Positions 10,818 through 19,864 of a stretch of 42,782 nucleotides of DNA are shown piece after piece. The stretch lies in assembly GCA_009695535.1 (NCBI GenBank), contig SHZQ01000001.1:1-42782 (forward strand). The letters are read 5' to 3'. Positions within the stretch are counted from its first letter, which is position 1, and the number at the start of each line of letters is the position of its first letter. Under the pieces are notes generated by a model. The model saw nothing but the letters and a program-made list of their open reading frames with translations. It ran no database searches and was not told the origin of the DNA. A program made the translations under genes and the position numbers. This stretch comes from Methyloglobulus sp. Lineage in GTDB: Bacteria; Pseudomonadota; Gammaproteobacteria; Methylococcales; Methylomonadaceae.

Positions 10818-11348
10818 ATGCTTGAAATAGAATACGAGTTCAGAGAAGACGATTTAAACCATTTTAACGAAATGCGTTTTAAGCAAACCGAGGAATACCG
10901 CAACCAGATCAAAAAAAACCGCTGGATAGTGCCTGGCATCATGATGCTGATAGGCACGTTCTACTATTACTACTACGGCGATTTAAAAGCAGCCTTATAT
11001 ATCATGCTAGTAGCCGTACTTTGGGCGCTGTTTTCCCCCAGAATCATCTTGCTGAATGTGGGTCGGCAGGTACTTAAATCCTACACCCACAAAGAAAAAA
11101 AGAGCATGTTCGGTACGTATACGCTGACTATCGACCCTGCAAACCCTAATTTTCTGTATGAAAAATCGCCCAGTGGCAAAAACAAAATGGCATGGTCTGA
11201 GTTAGTCAGGGTGGATCACGCAAAAGGGCATGTATACATCTACCTCGACTTAAGCACCGCCTTGGTTATCCCTGAAGAAACCTTGAAAAAAGGCGATTTG
11301 AAAGCTTTTGCCAAGCAGGTTGAGAAGATGATTGAGATGCACGGGTAG
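10818..11348 (+). CDS. YcxB family membrane protein
   Basis: Two N-terminal TM helices and a C-terminal beta domain with W.EL..V and ALVIP. Confidence 0.7.
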   Translation: MLEIEYEFREDDLNHFNEMRFKQTEEYRNQIKKNRWIVPGIMMLIGTFYYYYYGDLKAALYIMLVAVLWALFSPRIILLNVGRQVLKSYTHKEKKSMFGTYTLTIDPANPNFLYEKSPSGKNKMAWSELVRVDHAKGHVYIYLDLSTALVIPEETLKKGDLKAFAKQVEKMIEMHG

Positions 11349-11377
11349 AGTCAAAAGCAAAGAATACTTCATTCCCC

Positions 11378-11405
11378 TTATAGCGCTATAATAATTTTAT
11401 TATAG
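11378..11405 (+). promoter_or_regulatory. Probable TA promoter/operator with two overlapping palindromes
   Basis: TTATAGCGCTATAA (11378-11391) and CTATAATAA-TT-TTATTATAG (11386-11405) contain a perfect TATAAT; the toxin ATG follows at 11407. Confidence 0.6.
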
Positions 11406-11406
11406 T

Positions 11407-11787
11407 ATGTTTATCCTATTTGATTACACTGATGCAAATGGCAAAAACGACATTAAAGAGTGGGCATTAGGACTAGAAAAGCGTGAACGTGCAAAGCTCA
11501 ATGCGAAACTCGATATGCTTGCGAAACCAGGTTCTGATTTATTTCCACAAGTGCTTACTGGGACTCCCGCGCCAGGCATTCTAAAACTTAGGGTTAAAGG
11601 CAAAGTTCAGCTCAGACCAATGTTGTGTAAAGGGTCTATTGATGAAAAAGAATTTACGTTACTAATCGGTGCAAAAGAGCGGGGCTCTCAATTTGTCCCT
11701 GAAAAAGCAGATGAAAAAGCTAACATCAGAAAGCAAATAATCATTGAAAATCCTAGCAGGAGGTGTAGCCATGAAAGAATTAGTTAA
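11407..11787 (+). CDS. RelE/HigB-like (Gp49-like) type II toxin of a TAC system
   Basis: Y.D.NGK..I.EW...L....RAKL...LDML N-terminus and GILKLRVKGKVQLRPM beta-hairpin; toxin-first order upstream of an HTH gene. Confidence 0.78.
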   Translation: MFILFDYTDANGKNDIKEWALGLEKRERAKLNAKLDMLAKPGSDLFPQVLTGTPAPGILKLRVKGKVQLRPMLCKGSIDEKEFTLLIGAKERGSQFVPEKADEKANIRKQIIIENPSRRCSHERIS

Positions 11788-12240
11788 AACATTGGTCACA
11801 GAATTCGACGATAAGGGCTATGCGCATGCTTATATGGAAGAATTTTCCAATATGGCTATTGCAGCTCAAATAAAAGTGTTGCGGGAACAGCGCGTTTGGA
11901 CACAAAAACAACTTGCTGAGGCTGCAGGCATGGAGCAAGAGCGTGTTTGTGCGCTGGAAGATGTAGATTAGATGCTTGAACTGTCAAGACCTTACGTAAA
12001 CTCGCTAAGGCTTTTGATTTGACAGTAAAAGTTTCTTTTGAAAAATTCAGCAGCGGTATTTTAGATGTTTCAAAAATCGGCTCTGAAACATTAAAAAGGA
12101 CGCCACGCCAAGAGGATATGAAAGAGTTTTCAAGCAATGGATATGGACATGTAGAAACATTGTGGGGCAATGCGGTAACAACCACAAACCCCACATTTCT
12201 GCCTATAAATAAGCCTATCAATGATATAGAGTGTCGTTAA
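11771..12240 (+). pseudogene. XRE-family HigA-like antitoxin with C-terminal extension, disrupted
   Basis: SD AGGAGG and ATG at 11771; HTH QIKVLREQRVWTQKQLAEAAGMEQERVCALED. A 1-nt shift near 11970 gives TAG, a TGA follows at 11977-11979, and the shifted frame continues TVKTLRKLAKAFDLTVKVSF. Confidence 0.82.
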
Positions 12241-12257
12241 CCTAATAAAAAAGCGGC

Positions 12258-12773
12258 ATGAATAGGGAGGCTTTAAAAAAGGCTATAGATAATCTTTCTA
12301 TGCAGATGATCTATCTGCATTCAACGAACGCATATTTTCATAACGGTTTTGATCCCTTAATTCCTAGCCAACCCCTTGAAGGGCAATTCAATATTGCCAC
12401 CAACTCTTATTATTTCAAAGAAATTCAAAATGTTAGCGGGGATAAGCATAGAATTTTAGTTTATCGAACTGAAGCCCACATGCGTTATTTAAAAGGCCCA
12501 ATTCCTGATGAATTAAAAAGTGACCAGGGAAATGAAGAGGAATTAAACAAGCTATTAGCATCTGAAATAGTGGCGGAATTCATTTCAGAGTATGTTATTA
12601 AATGTGACGAGGAATTACCACAAGATGCAATTTTAGAGTTCGGTAGGATCAATGTGTCTCATCAGGTATGGCCTTACTGGAGAGAATATTGCCAGTCCAC
12701 TTGTGCACGCATGCCCCTACCAGTGTCTATGCTTCCAATGTATGCTATAAACGAAAAAACAGAAAACCTCTAA
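12258..12773 (+). CDS. SecB-like chaperone of a TAC system
   Basis: C-terminal IVAEFISEY...EFGRINVSHQVWPYWREYCQSTCARMPLPVSMLP matches the SecB 'N....FPYxRE...R...P...LP' signature; third gene of a TA operon. Confidence 0.82.
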   Translation: MNREALKKAIDNLSMQMIYLHSTNAYFHNGFDPLIPSQPLEGQFNIATNSYYFKEIQNVSGDKHRILVYRTEAHMRYLKGPIPDELKSDQGNEEELNKLLASEIVAEFISEYVIKCDEELPQDAILEFGRINVSHQVWPYWREYCQSTCARMPLPVSMLPMYAINEKTENL

Positions 12774-12794
12774 CTCACAACTTCGATTCAGCGA

Positions 12795-12878
12795 GCAGCC
12801 CCTGGATGGAGCGTAGCGGAATCTGGTATTTTGTGCCTCCGATATAGCCCGTATTTCGCTCCACTTCATACGGACTAC
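12795..12878. repeat. Inverted pair of degenerate GTAG-type REP sequences
   Basis: GCAGCCCCTGGATGGAGCGTAGCGGAATCTGG (12795-12826) faces GTAGTCCGTATGAAGTGGAGCGAAATACGGG (reverse complement of 12848-12878). Confidence 0.65.
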
Positions 12879-12947
12879 TTTGCTGATTTAAAAACCCTAT
12901 CCAGCTTGTATTGGTTTTTCGCCTTGAATCTTTTACCTTAAACTTAA

Positions 12948-14843
12948 ATGCTAAATTTTAAAAACATCGCCCTGCGCCGTGGTGCGCGGGTGTTATTTGC
13001 TAATGCTTCATTTACCATCCATAAAGGGCAGAAAGTTGGTTTTACCGGGGCGAATGGCGCGGGTAAATCCAGTTTGTTTGCGTTGATTAAAAACGAATTG
13101 CATCTCGACGAAGGCGATTTTTCCCTGCCCCCAGGACTTGAAATTGCCCATGTCGCTCAGGAAACACCCGCCGTATCGAGTTCCGCCATTGATTACATCA
13201 TGGATGGCGACCGAGAATTAAGACGTTTGCAACAACAATTAGCGGTTGCAGAAACCAGCCATGACGGCTTAAAACAGGCAGAACTCCATGTCGCACTCGA
13301 AAACATCGGTGGTTATACCGCGCAAGCGAAAGCGGCGCGATTGATGAATGGCTTGGGTTTCAAATCCGAGCAGGAAATCAATCCCGTGAGTTCATTTTCC
13401 GGCGGTTGGCGGATGCGGCTTAATCTCGCACAGGCGTTGATGTGCCGTTCCGATATACTGTTGTTAGATGAGCCAACTAACCATCTTGATTTGGATGCCG
13501 TGATCTGGCTGCAAGACTGGCTGTGTAAGTACGACGGCACGCTATTGTTAATCTCGCATGACCGCGATTTTCTGGATACCATCGCTACTCATATCGTCCA
13601 CATCGAGCAAAATAAAATAGACATCTACACCGGCAATTATTCCGCATTTGAAAAAATGCGCGCAGAAAAATTGGCGCAGCAACAATCCGCCTACCTAAAG
13701 CAGCAACGGGAAATTGCCCACATCCAAAGCTTTGTTGACCGCTTTAAAGCCCAGGCAACCAAAGCAAGGCAAGCGCAAAGCCGTATCAAAGCACTGGAAC
13801 GCATGGAAGTCATCGCGATGGCGCATGTCGATTCGCCGTTTGATTTTAGCTTTCCTAAGCCTGGACGAATGCAAAATCCGTTGTTGCAACTGGATAAAGT
13901 TGACATAGGCTATGGGCAAACAAAAGTCATCCAGGGCGCAAGTTTATCCATATCTCCAGGTGATCGGATCGGCTTATTAGGCCCCAATGGCGCGGGTAAA
14001 TCCAGCCTGATTAAAGTGCTGGCTGGTGATATGCAGCCAATATCGGGAACTCGGCTTGAAGCTGAGGCATTGAATATCGGCTATTTTGCCCAGCATCAAC
14101 TGGAACAATTGCGCTTAGATGAAAGCCCGTTACGGCATTTGCAACGACTCGATCAAAAAGCCACCGAAAAAGACCTACGTAACTTCTTAGGCGGGTTTGA
14201 TTTTCGAGGAGATAAGGTAACAGAAGCCGTTAAGCCGTTTTCCGGTGGTGAAAAAGCCCGTTTGGTGCTGGCGATGCTGGTTTATAAAAATCCAAATTTG
14301 TTGTTACTTGATGAGCCAACCAATCACTTAGATTTGGAAATGCGCCATGCCTTAAGTGTGGCATTGCAGGATTATCAAGGCGCGATCATTCTAGTTTCAC
14401 ATGATCGGCACTTGCTGCGGACAGTCACCGACCAGTTTTTACTGGTTGGCGAGGGCAAGGTGCAATCGTTTGATGGTGATCTTGACGATTACCGTCTTTG
14501 GCTGGCAGAACGCAAAAAAGCGGAATATAATTCTGCTGATGACATTACGAATCCAGTAGTTTCCCGCAAAGACCAACGAAAACAAGACGCAGAATTCAGG
14601 CAAAAACAGAAACCTCTACTGGATGCCCTGAAAAAAGCCGAGCAAGCAGTTGAAAAGTACCATAACGAACAGCGGCGTTTGGAAGCTGAATTGGCTGATC
14701 CAGAAATTTATACAGATTCTGAAAAAGATAAGCTAAAAAAATTACTGGCGCGTAAGGTGGAAGTGGATAAAGCACTGGATGTCGCCGAAACAGACTGGAT
14801 GGAAGCAGAAGAGCGTTTGGAAGAAGCCAAAGTTGAAATGTAA
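12948..14843 (+). CDS. yheS: ABC-F family ATPase (YheS-like)
   Basis: Two ABC domains (GANGAGKS, FSGGWRMRLNLA, LLDEPTNHLD twice), no TM segments, C-terminal coiled coil. Confidence 0.88.
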   Translation: MLNFKNIALRRGARVLFANASFTIHKGQKVGFTGANGAGKSSLFALIKNELHLDEGDFSLPPGLEIAHVAQETPAVSSSAIDYIMDGDRELRRLQQQLAVAETSHDGLKQAELHVALENIGGYTAQAKAARLMNGLGFKSEQEINPVSSFSGGWRMRLNLAQALMCRSDILLLDEPTNHLDLDAVIWLQDWLCKYDGTLLLISHDRDFLDTIATHIVHIEQNKIDIYTGNYSAFEKMRAEKLAQQQSAYLKQQREIAHIQSFVDRFKAQATKARQAQSRIKALERMEVIAMAHVDSPFDFSFPKPGRMQNPLLQLDKVDIGYGQTKVIQGASLSISPGDRIGLLGPNGAGKSSLIKVLAGDMQPISGTRLEAEALNIGYFAQHQLEQLRLDESPLRHLQRLDQKATEKDLRNFLGGFDFRGDKVTEAVKPFSGGEKARLVLAMLVYKNPNLLLLDEPTNHLDLEMRHALSVALQDYQGAIILVSHDRHLLRTVTDQFLLVGEGKVQSFDGDLDDYRLWLAERKKAEYNSADDITNPVVSRKDQRKQDAEFRQKQKPLLDALKKAEQAVEKYHNEQRRLEAELADPEIYTDSEKDKLKKLLARKVEVDKALDVAETDWMEAEERLEEAKVEM

Positions 14844-14919
14844 AGAAACTCTAAGCCTTTTGACAAGACCACTATGAGCAGGTCGCGTTGATTTTGTTCG
14901 CGGCAATCCATAGCTATTC

Positions 14920-14967
14920 AGGAGAGTCTTGTCATGCTATAAACGCAAGAAACTAAAAGACTCTCCT
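14920..14967. repeat. 11-bp perfect inverted repeat (hairpin or mini-element)
   Basis: AGGAGAGTCTT ... AAGACTCTCCT between the convergent ABC-F and cysN genes. Confidence 0.5.
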
Positions 14968-15008
14968 AATATTAGACTATAACATATTGAAATAGTTAGT
15001 CTTTTGTG

Positions 15009-15125
15009 CTATAGATTCGGTTCTATGAAGTTTTAACTACCATTCGCCTTGAGCCTGTCAAAAGGTTTATGTGCTTCGACAAGCTCAGCACGAACGGTTC
15101 AAACATTAAAAGACCGAATCAATAA
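15009..15125. mobile_element. MITE-like element enclosing a REP-like dyad
   Basis: Imperfect 25-bp outer inverted repeats (18/25 by hand alignment) around ACCATTCGCCTTGAGCCTGTCAAAAG ... GCTTCGACAAGCTCAGCACGAACGGT. Confidence 0.5.
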
Positions 15126-15135
15126 CTAGGATATT

Positions 15136-16758
15136 TTAATGAATAACTGCTTTAGCTTTCAGAACAGCATAAATATCATCAATTGACTGCTTATTGGTAT
15201 CAAAACTCATCTCTGTCAGCGCGCTATTTTCCAAACAAAGGCAGAGCAAGCCAGCGTTTTTGATGGCTGCAATTAAAGCTGCGTCAGGTGTTTCCAATAC
15301 AGTCGCAGCGTGGCCGTTATCAAACAATTTTCTTTCTAGTTGATAAGCTAACGCTTTAGAATTTGTGCCAGTTAAGGCAATTGCAGATGCGGTTTGACTG
15401 AAACGAGCGGCGCGGTCGGCTGCGCTGACAGGTTTTAAGTTCTCATCGTCGGTGATGCCGGTAATCATGCCTGCGCCGACCGTGCCATTAGTCAGGCGGT
15501 CGATAATGATGAAAGATCCTGTCCATTTGCTGTTTTTGTAGGGGTCAAAAACCACGGGGGCAGTGACGGAAACGGTGCAGGAGCCGATTTCATTGAGCTT
15601 AAGTTCATTAGCATCATGATGTTCCAGTGTGTTGACATCAATTCGGTGATGAATCAGGGAGATGGAGCCGTACACGCTACGCGTTGCTAGCTTGATAGCG
15701 TACTGACGGCCTGGGGTGAGCGGTTTTTCGGTCATCCAGACGATACTGGCTTTGAATTTATCAGAAACAATCGGCTCTTTCTGGTATTTGCCTACCAGCA
15801 TGTCACCACGGCTGACATCAATTTCATCTTCGAGCGTAAAAGTGACCGCCATAGGTGGAAACGCTTCTGGAAGATCGCCGTCGTAGGTGACTATTGACTT
15901 TATTTTGCTACTTTTACCTGAGGGCAGTGCGGTAACGACATCGCCTTTATGGAACACGCCTGATGCTACCGTGCCGCAGAAGCCACGGAAATCAAGGTTA
16001 GGGCGGTTGACGTATTGCACAGGGAATCGCGCATCAGCAAAGTTATGGTCGTTGGCGATTTTTACGCTGTTCAATGCCTCCATTAAAGGTAAGCCGGTAA
16101 ACCAAGGCATGTTTTCGCTAGGATTGACGACGTTATCGCCATCCAATGCGGACATCGGGATAAAGTTAATATCGTGCAAATCCAGCGTGCTGGTGAAGCT
16201 GAGATAATCCTGTTTTATTTTGTTGAATACTGATTCGCTGTAATCCATCAAATCCATTTTGTTGACGGCGACGATAACATGCTGGATACCAAGTAGGGAC
16301 ACAATAAAGCTATGACGTTTGGTCTGCGTTTGCACACCGTAACGGGCATCAATCAAGATGATGGCGAGGTCGCAAGTGGATGCGCCAGTTGCCATATTGC
16401 GCGTGTATTGTTCGTGGCCTGGGGTGTCAGCGATGATGAACTTGCGGGTGGAGGTTGAAAAATAACGGTAGGCGACATCAATGGTTATGCCTTGCTCCCG
16501 TTCTGCTTGCAAGCCGTCAACCAGCAGAGCCAAGTCGATTTTACCTGCGCCGGTCGTGCCGGACTTGACGCTGTCAGCTTGTACCGCCGCTAACTGGTCT
16601 TCATAAATCATCTTGGAATCGTGCAGTAAACGGCCTATTAACGTGCTTTTGCCGTCATCAACATTGCCGCAAGTCAAAAAGCGCAGCATTTCCTTGCATT
16701 CGTGTTGGGCTAAATAAGCGTCAATGTCGGTGGCGATTAACTCTGACTGATGTGACAT
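15136..16758 (-). CDS. cysN: Sulfate adenylyltransferase subunit 1 with degenerate C-terminal APS-kinase-like tail
   Basis: [36 protein letters not shown] and NKMD. Confidence 0.96.
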   Translation of the reverse strand: MSHQSELIATDIDAYLAQHECKEMLRFLTCGNVDDGKSTLIGRLLHDSKMIYEDQLAAVQADSVKSGTTGAGKIDLALLVDGLQAEREQGITIDVAYRYFSTSTRKFIIADTPGHEQYTRNMATGASTCDLAIILIDARYGVQTQTKRHSFIVSLLGIQHVIVAVNKMDLMDYSESVFNKIKQDYLSFTSTLDLHDINFIPMSALDGDNVVNPSENMPWFTGLPLMEALNSVKIANDHNFADARFPVQYVNRPNLDFRGFCGTVASGVFHKGDVVTALPSGKSSKIKSIVTYDGDLPEAFPPMAVTFTLEDEIDVSRGDMLVGKYQKEPIVSDKFKASIVWMTEKPLTPGRQYAIKLATRSVYGSISLIHHRIDVNTLEHHDANELKLNEIGSCTVSVTAPVVFDPYKNSKWTGSFIIIDRLTNGTVGAGMITGITDDENLKPVSAADRAARFSQTASAIALTGTNSKALAYQLERKLFDNGHAATVLETPDAALIAAIKNAGLLCLCLENSALTEMSFDTNKQSIDDIYAVLKAKAVIH

Positions 16759-17666
16759 TAGAAGTATCCCTCACGTTTTTTCTGCTCCATCGAACCCGCT
16801 TGGTCGTGGTCAATTAATCTACCCTGCCTTTCTGACGTGGTGGTCAACAACATTTCCTGGATAATTTCAGGTAAGGTGGTTGCTGTAGATTCCACTGCGC
16901 CAGTCAATGGATAACAGCCCAAGGTGCGAAAACGCACCATTTTCATTTCGACTTTATCATCAGGACCAATGGGCATACGCTCATCATCAACCATAATCAA
17001 CATACCGTCTTTTTCAACTACTGGACGTTCTTTGGCGAAATATAAGGGTACGATGGGAATATTTTCCAGATGAATGTATTGCCAGACGTCCAGCTCAGTC
17101 CAATTGGAAATAGGAAATACCCTGATACTTTCGCCTTTATCAACTGTACCGTTGTAGATATTCCACAATTCAGGTCGCTGGTTTTTGGGGTCCCAGGTAT
17201 GGTTTTTGTCACGGAACGAATACACGCGCTCTTTGGCGCGGGATTTTTCCTCGTCGCGCCTTGCTCCGCCGAAAGCCGCATCAAACTGGTATTTGTTGAG
17301 GGCTTGCCTGAGGGCCTGTGTTTTCATGACATCAGTGTGTTTTTTACTGCCATGCGTAAATGGCCCCATGCCTTGATCGACACCGTTCTGATTGATATAA
17401 ACCAGTAAATCCAAGTCTAAGGTTTTAGCCATGTTGTTACGGAATTCAATCATTTCCTTGAATTTCCAAGTGGTATCAATGTGCATCATTGGAAATGGCG
17501 GCACACCGGGGTGGAATGCTTTCATGGTCAGGTGCAACATGACGGCAGAATCTTTGCCTATCGAATACAGCATCACAGGCTTTTCAAATTCGGCGGCGAC
17601 TTCGCGGATGATGTGGATGCTTTCGGCTTCTAGCTGTTTGAGGTGGGTGAGTGTGTAATCGGTCAT
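16758..17666 (-). CDS. cysD: Sulfate adenylyltransferase subunit 2
   Basis: [31 protein letters not shown] and KKREGYF; stop overlaps the cysN start. Confidence 0.98.
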   Translation of the reverse strand: MTDYTLTHLKQLEAESIHIIREVAAEFEKPVMLYSIGKDSAVMLHLTMKAFHPGVPPFPMMHIDTTWKFKEMIEFRNNMAKTLDLDLLVYINQNGVDQGMGPFTHGSKKHTDVMKTQALRQALNKYQFDAAFGGARRDEEKSRAKERVYSFRDKNHTWDPKNQRPELWNIYNGTVDKGESIRVFPISNWTELDVWQYIHLENIPIVPLYFAKERPVVEKDGMLIMVDDERMPIGPDDKVEMKMVRFRTLGCYPLTGAVESTATTLPEIIQEMLLTTTSERQGRLIDHDQAGSMEQKKREGYF

Positions 17667-17787
17667 TGAATGTTTGTCGTGGAATCTAGGGAGTGATTAG
17701 CCAGAAATACTTAGAAAATGTTTAGGTTGCCCATTTTAGTTGGAAAGGGTGTTTATTACCAGAATTGAAACTTTCCGATTAAGTAAG

Positions 17788-19392
17788 CTACTTATTTTCA
17801 ACCATATTAAGTGCTAAAGCCTCGGCTACTTTGATGCCATCTGCCGCAGCCGATAAAATCCCCCCTGCATAACCCGCGCCTTCTCCCGCCGGATAAAGTC
17901 CTTTTGTGTTGATGCTTTGGTAATGTTCATTACGTTTGATGCGGATAGGTGATGAGGTGCGGGTTTCCACGCCCGTCAACACGGCATCAGGCATGGCAAA
18001 GCCTGGTATTTTTTTGTCGAATGCAGGGATAGCTTCACGAATGGCATCGATAGCATAATCAGGTAGAGCTGAATCCAGATTGCATAGATGCACATCAGGC
18101 AAATACGAAGGCAGCACTTTACCAAATGATGTTGAGGGAGTATTCGCCAGAAAATCACCGACTAATTGCCCTGGAGCCGAGTAAGTTTTGCCTCCCAAAA
18201 CGTAAGCATGGGCTTCTAGGCGGCGTTGGTAGTCGATACCTGCTAGTGGATGTTCAGGATAATCCTCCGGCGTTATGCCCACAACAATGCCGCTATTGGC
18301 ATTGCGTTCATTGCGGGAATACTGGCTCATGCCGTTAGTGACCACATGTTCTGCCTCGGATGTTGCAGCCACCACCGTGCCGCCTGGACACATACAAAAA
18401 CTGTACACAGAACGACCATTCTTGCAGTGATGCACCAGTTTATATTCGGCTGCGCCTAATATTGGATTACCTGTATTATTGCCGTAACGGCATGTATTTA
18501 TTAATGATTGTGGGTGTTCAATGCGAAAACCTACCGAAAATGGCTTGGCTTCAATGTACACGCCCGATTCATAAAGCATTTTGAAGGTATCTCGTGCGCT
18601 ATGGCCGACCGCAAGCACGACATGAGCGCTAACAATTGTTTCCCCATTAGTAAGCGTAACGCCACGGACTTGATTGTTTTCAATCTCGATATTATCTACA
18701 CGGCTTTGAAAGCGAATTTCTCCGCCCAGAGATTCAATCGTCGCCCGCATTTGTTCGACCACTGTAACCAGCTTATAAGTACCGATATGGGGTTTGCTGA
18801 CATACAGGATTTCAGCAGGCGCACCCGCTTTGACGAATTCGGTCAATACCTTACGTCCATAATGGTTGGGGTCTTTGATTTGCGTGTAAAGTTTGCCGTC
18901 GGAAAACGTACCTGCACCGCCTTCACCAAATTGCACATTGGATTCGGGGTTGAATTGCCGTTTTCGCCACAGACCGAAGGTATCTCTAGTACGTTCCCGT
19001 ACTTCTGTGCCGCGCTCCAGGATGATCGGGCGAAACCCCATTTGTGCCAGGATTAACCCCGCAAATAAACCGCATGGCCCAGTACCGATGACGATAGGGC
19101 GTAGCTTAAGATTTTTGGGGGCTTGGGTTACAAAGCGATAAGACGTATTGGGTGTTAAGGATATTTTTAGGTCGTCTTTTAAACACAATAATATGCTGTC
19201 CTCATTAGTTGCTTCTATATCAATGGTATAGATAAGGTGGATGTCATTCTTTTTACGGGCATCATGAGAGCGGCGGAATATTTTATAGCTGATGAGATCT
19301 GCTTCGGTTATACCCAGACGTGCCAGAATTGCGGATTTGATCGCATCATCTGGATGGTTTAGAGGGAGTTTGAGCTCGGTGATTCGCAACAT
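17788..19392 (-). CDS. NAD(P)/FAD-dependent oxidoreductase (COG2509-type)
   Basis: IGTGPCG, QFGEGGAGTFSDGKL, SFCMCPGG, GVETRTSSP and GEGAGYAGGI. Confidence 0.88.
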   Translation of the reverse strand: MLRITELKLPLNHPDDAIKSAILARLGITEADLISYKIFRRSHDARKKNDIHLIYTIDIEATNEDSILLCLKDDLKISLTPNTSYRFVTQAPKNLKLRPIVIGTGPCGLFAGLILAQMGFRPIILERGTEVRERTRDTFGLWRKRQFNPESNVQFGEGGAGTFSDGKLYTQIKDPNHYGRKVLTEFVKAGAPAEILYVSKPHIGTYKLVTVVEQMRATIESLGGEIRFQSRVDNIEIENNQVRGVTLTNGETIVSAHVVLAVGHSARDTFKMLYESGVYIEAKPFSVGFRIEHPQSLINTCRYGNNTGNPILGAAEYKLVHHCKNGRSVYSFCMCPGGTVVAATSEAEHVVTNGMSQYSRNERNANSGIVVGITPEDYPEHPLAGIDYQRRLEAHAYVLGGKTYSAPGQLVGDFLANTPSTSFGKVLPSYLPDVHLCNLDSALPDYAIDAIREAIPAFDKKIPGFAMPDAVLTGVETRTSSPIRIKRNEHYQSINTKGLYPAGEGAGYAGGILSAAADGIKVAEALALNMVENK

Positions 19393-19464
19393 TTAGATAA
19401 TTAGTGGCTTAATATTGACCATTTATGATGGTTAAATGCACAAAAAAGGACAGCTTATGTAAAG

Positions 19465-19860
19465 TTAATCCTGTTTAAAACGATGTATCAAGCGGCGTTC
19501 TTTTTTGTTGGGTTTGTGGTCGATTCCGGTAAAGTTGAACAGTGTTTTATTATCTCGTTCTAACTGGATTTTTTGTTGTCGCAGGGCGAGGCTTTCTGGG
19601 GTTTCTTGATAGAGCAGAGCGGCGTCCTTGGCAGAACGCCGTTGTCCTGTGGTGGCGGCAGTGGTTATATGCCAGCTATAACCACTTTTGTTGATAGTGA
19701 CTTCGACACCGACTTTGATTTCTTTACCCGGTTTCGCTCGCTGCCCATTAACATGGACTTTACCCCCATTTATGGCATCTGTTGCCAGTTTTCGGGTTTT
19801 ATAAAATCGGGCAGCCCATAGCCATTTATCGAGACGGACTGCATCAACTTCTGCTGACAT
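19465..19860 (-). CDS. hslR: Ribosome-associated heat shock protein Hsp15 (S4 domain)
   Basis: VRLDKWLWAARFYKTR ... KPNKKERR. Confidence 0.93.
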   Translation of the reverse strand: MSAEVDAVRLDKWLWAARFYKTRKLATDAINGGKVHVNGQRAKPGKEIKVGVEVTINKSGYSWHITTAATTGQRRSAKDAALLYQETPESLALRQQKIQLERDNKTLFNFTGIDHKPNKKERRLIHRFKQD

Positions 19861-19864
19861 CCAA

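Noticed and set aside
11744-11770. TTG start given in the ORF track for the antitoxin
   Set aside because: ATG at 11771 has an AGGAGG SD at proper spacing, and the upstream extension lies inside the toxin gene.
11969-11979. Programmed frameshift or readthrough producing full-length antitoxin
   Set aside because: It would need both a frameshift and TGA readthrough, and no slippery heptamer or SECIS-like hairpin is evident. Mutation is simpler.
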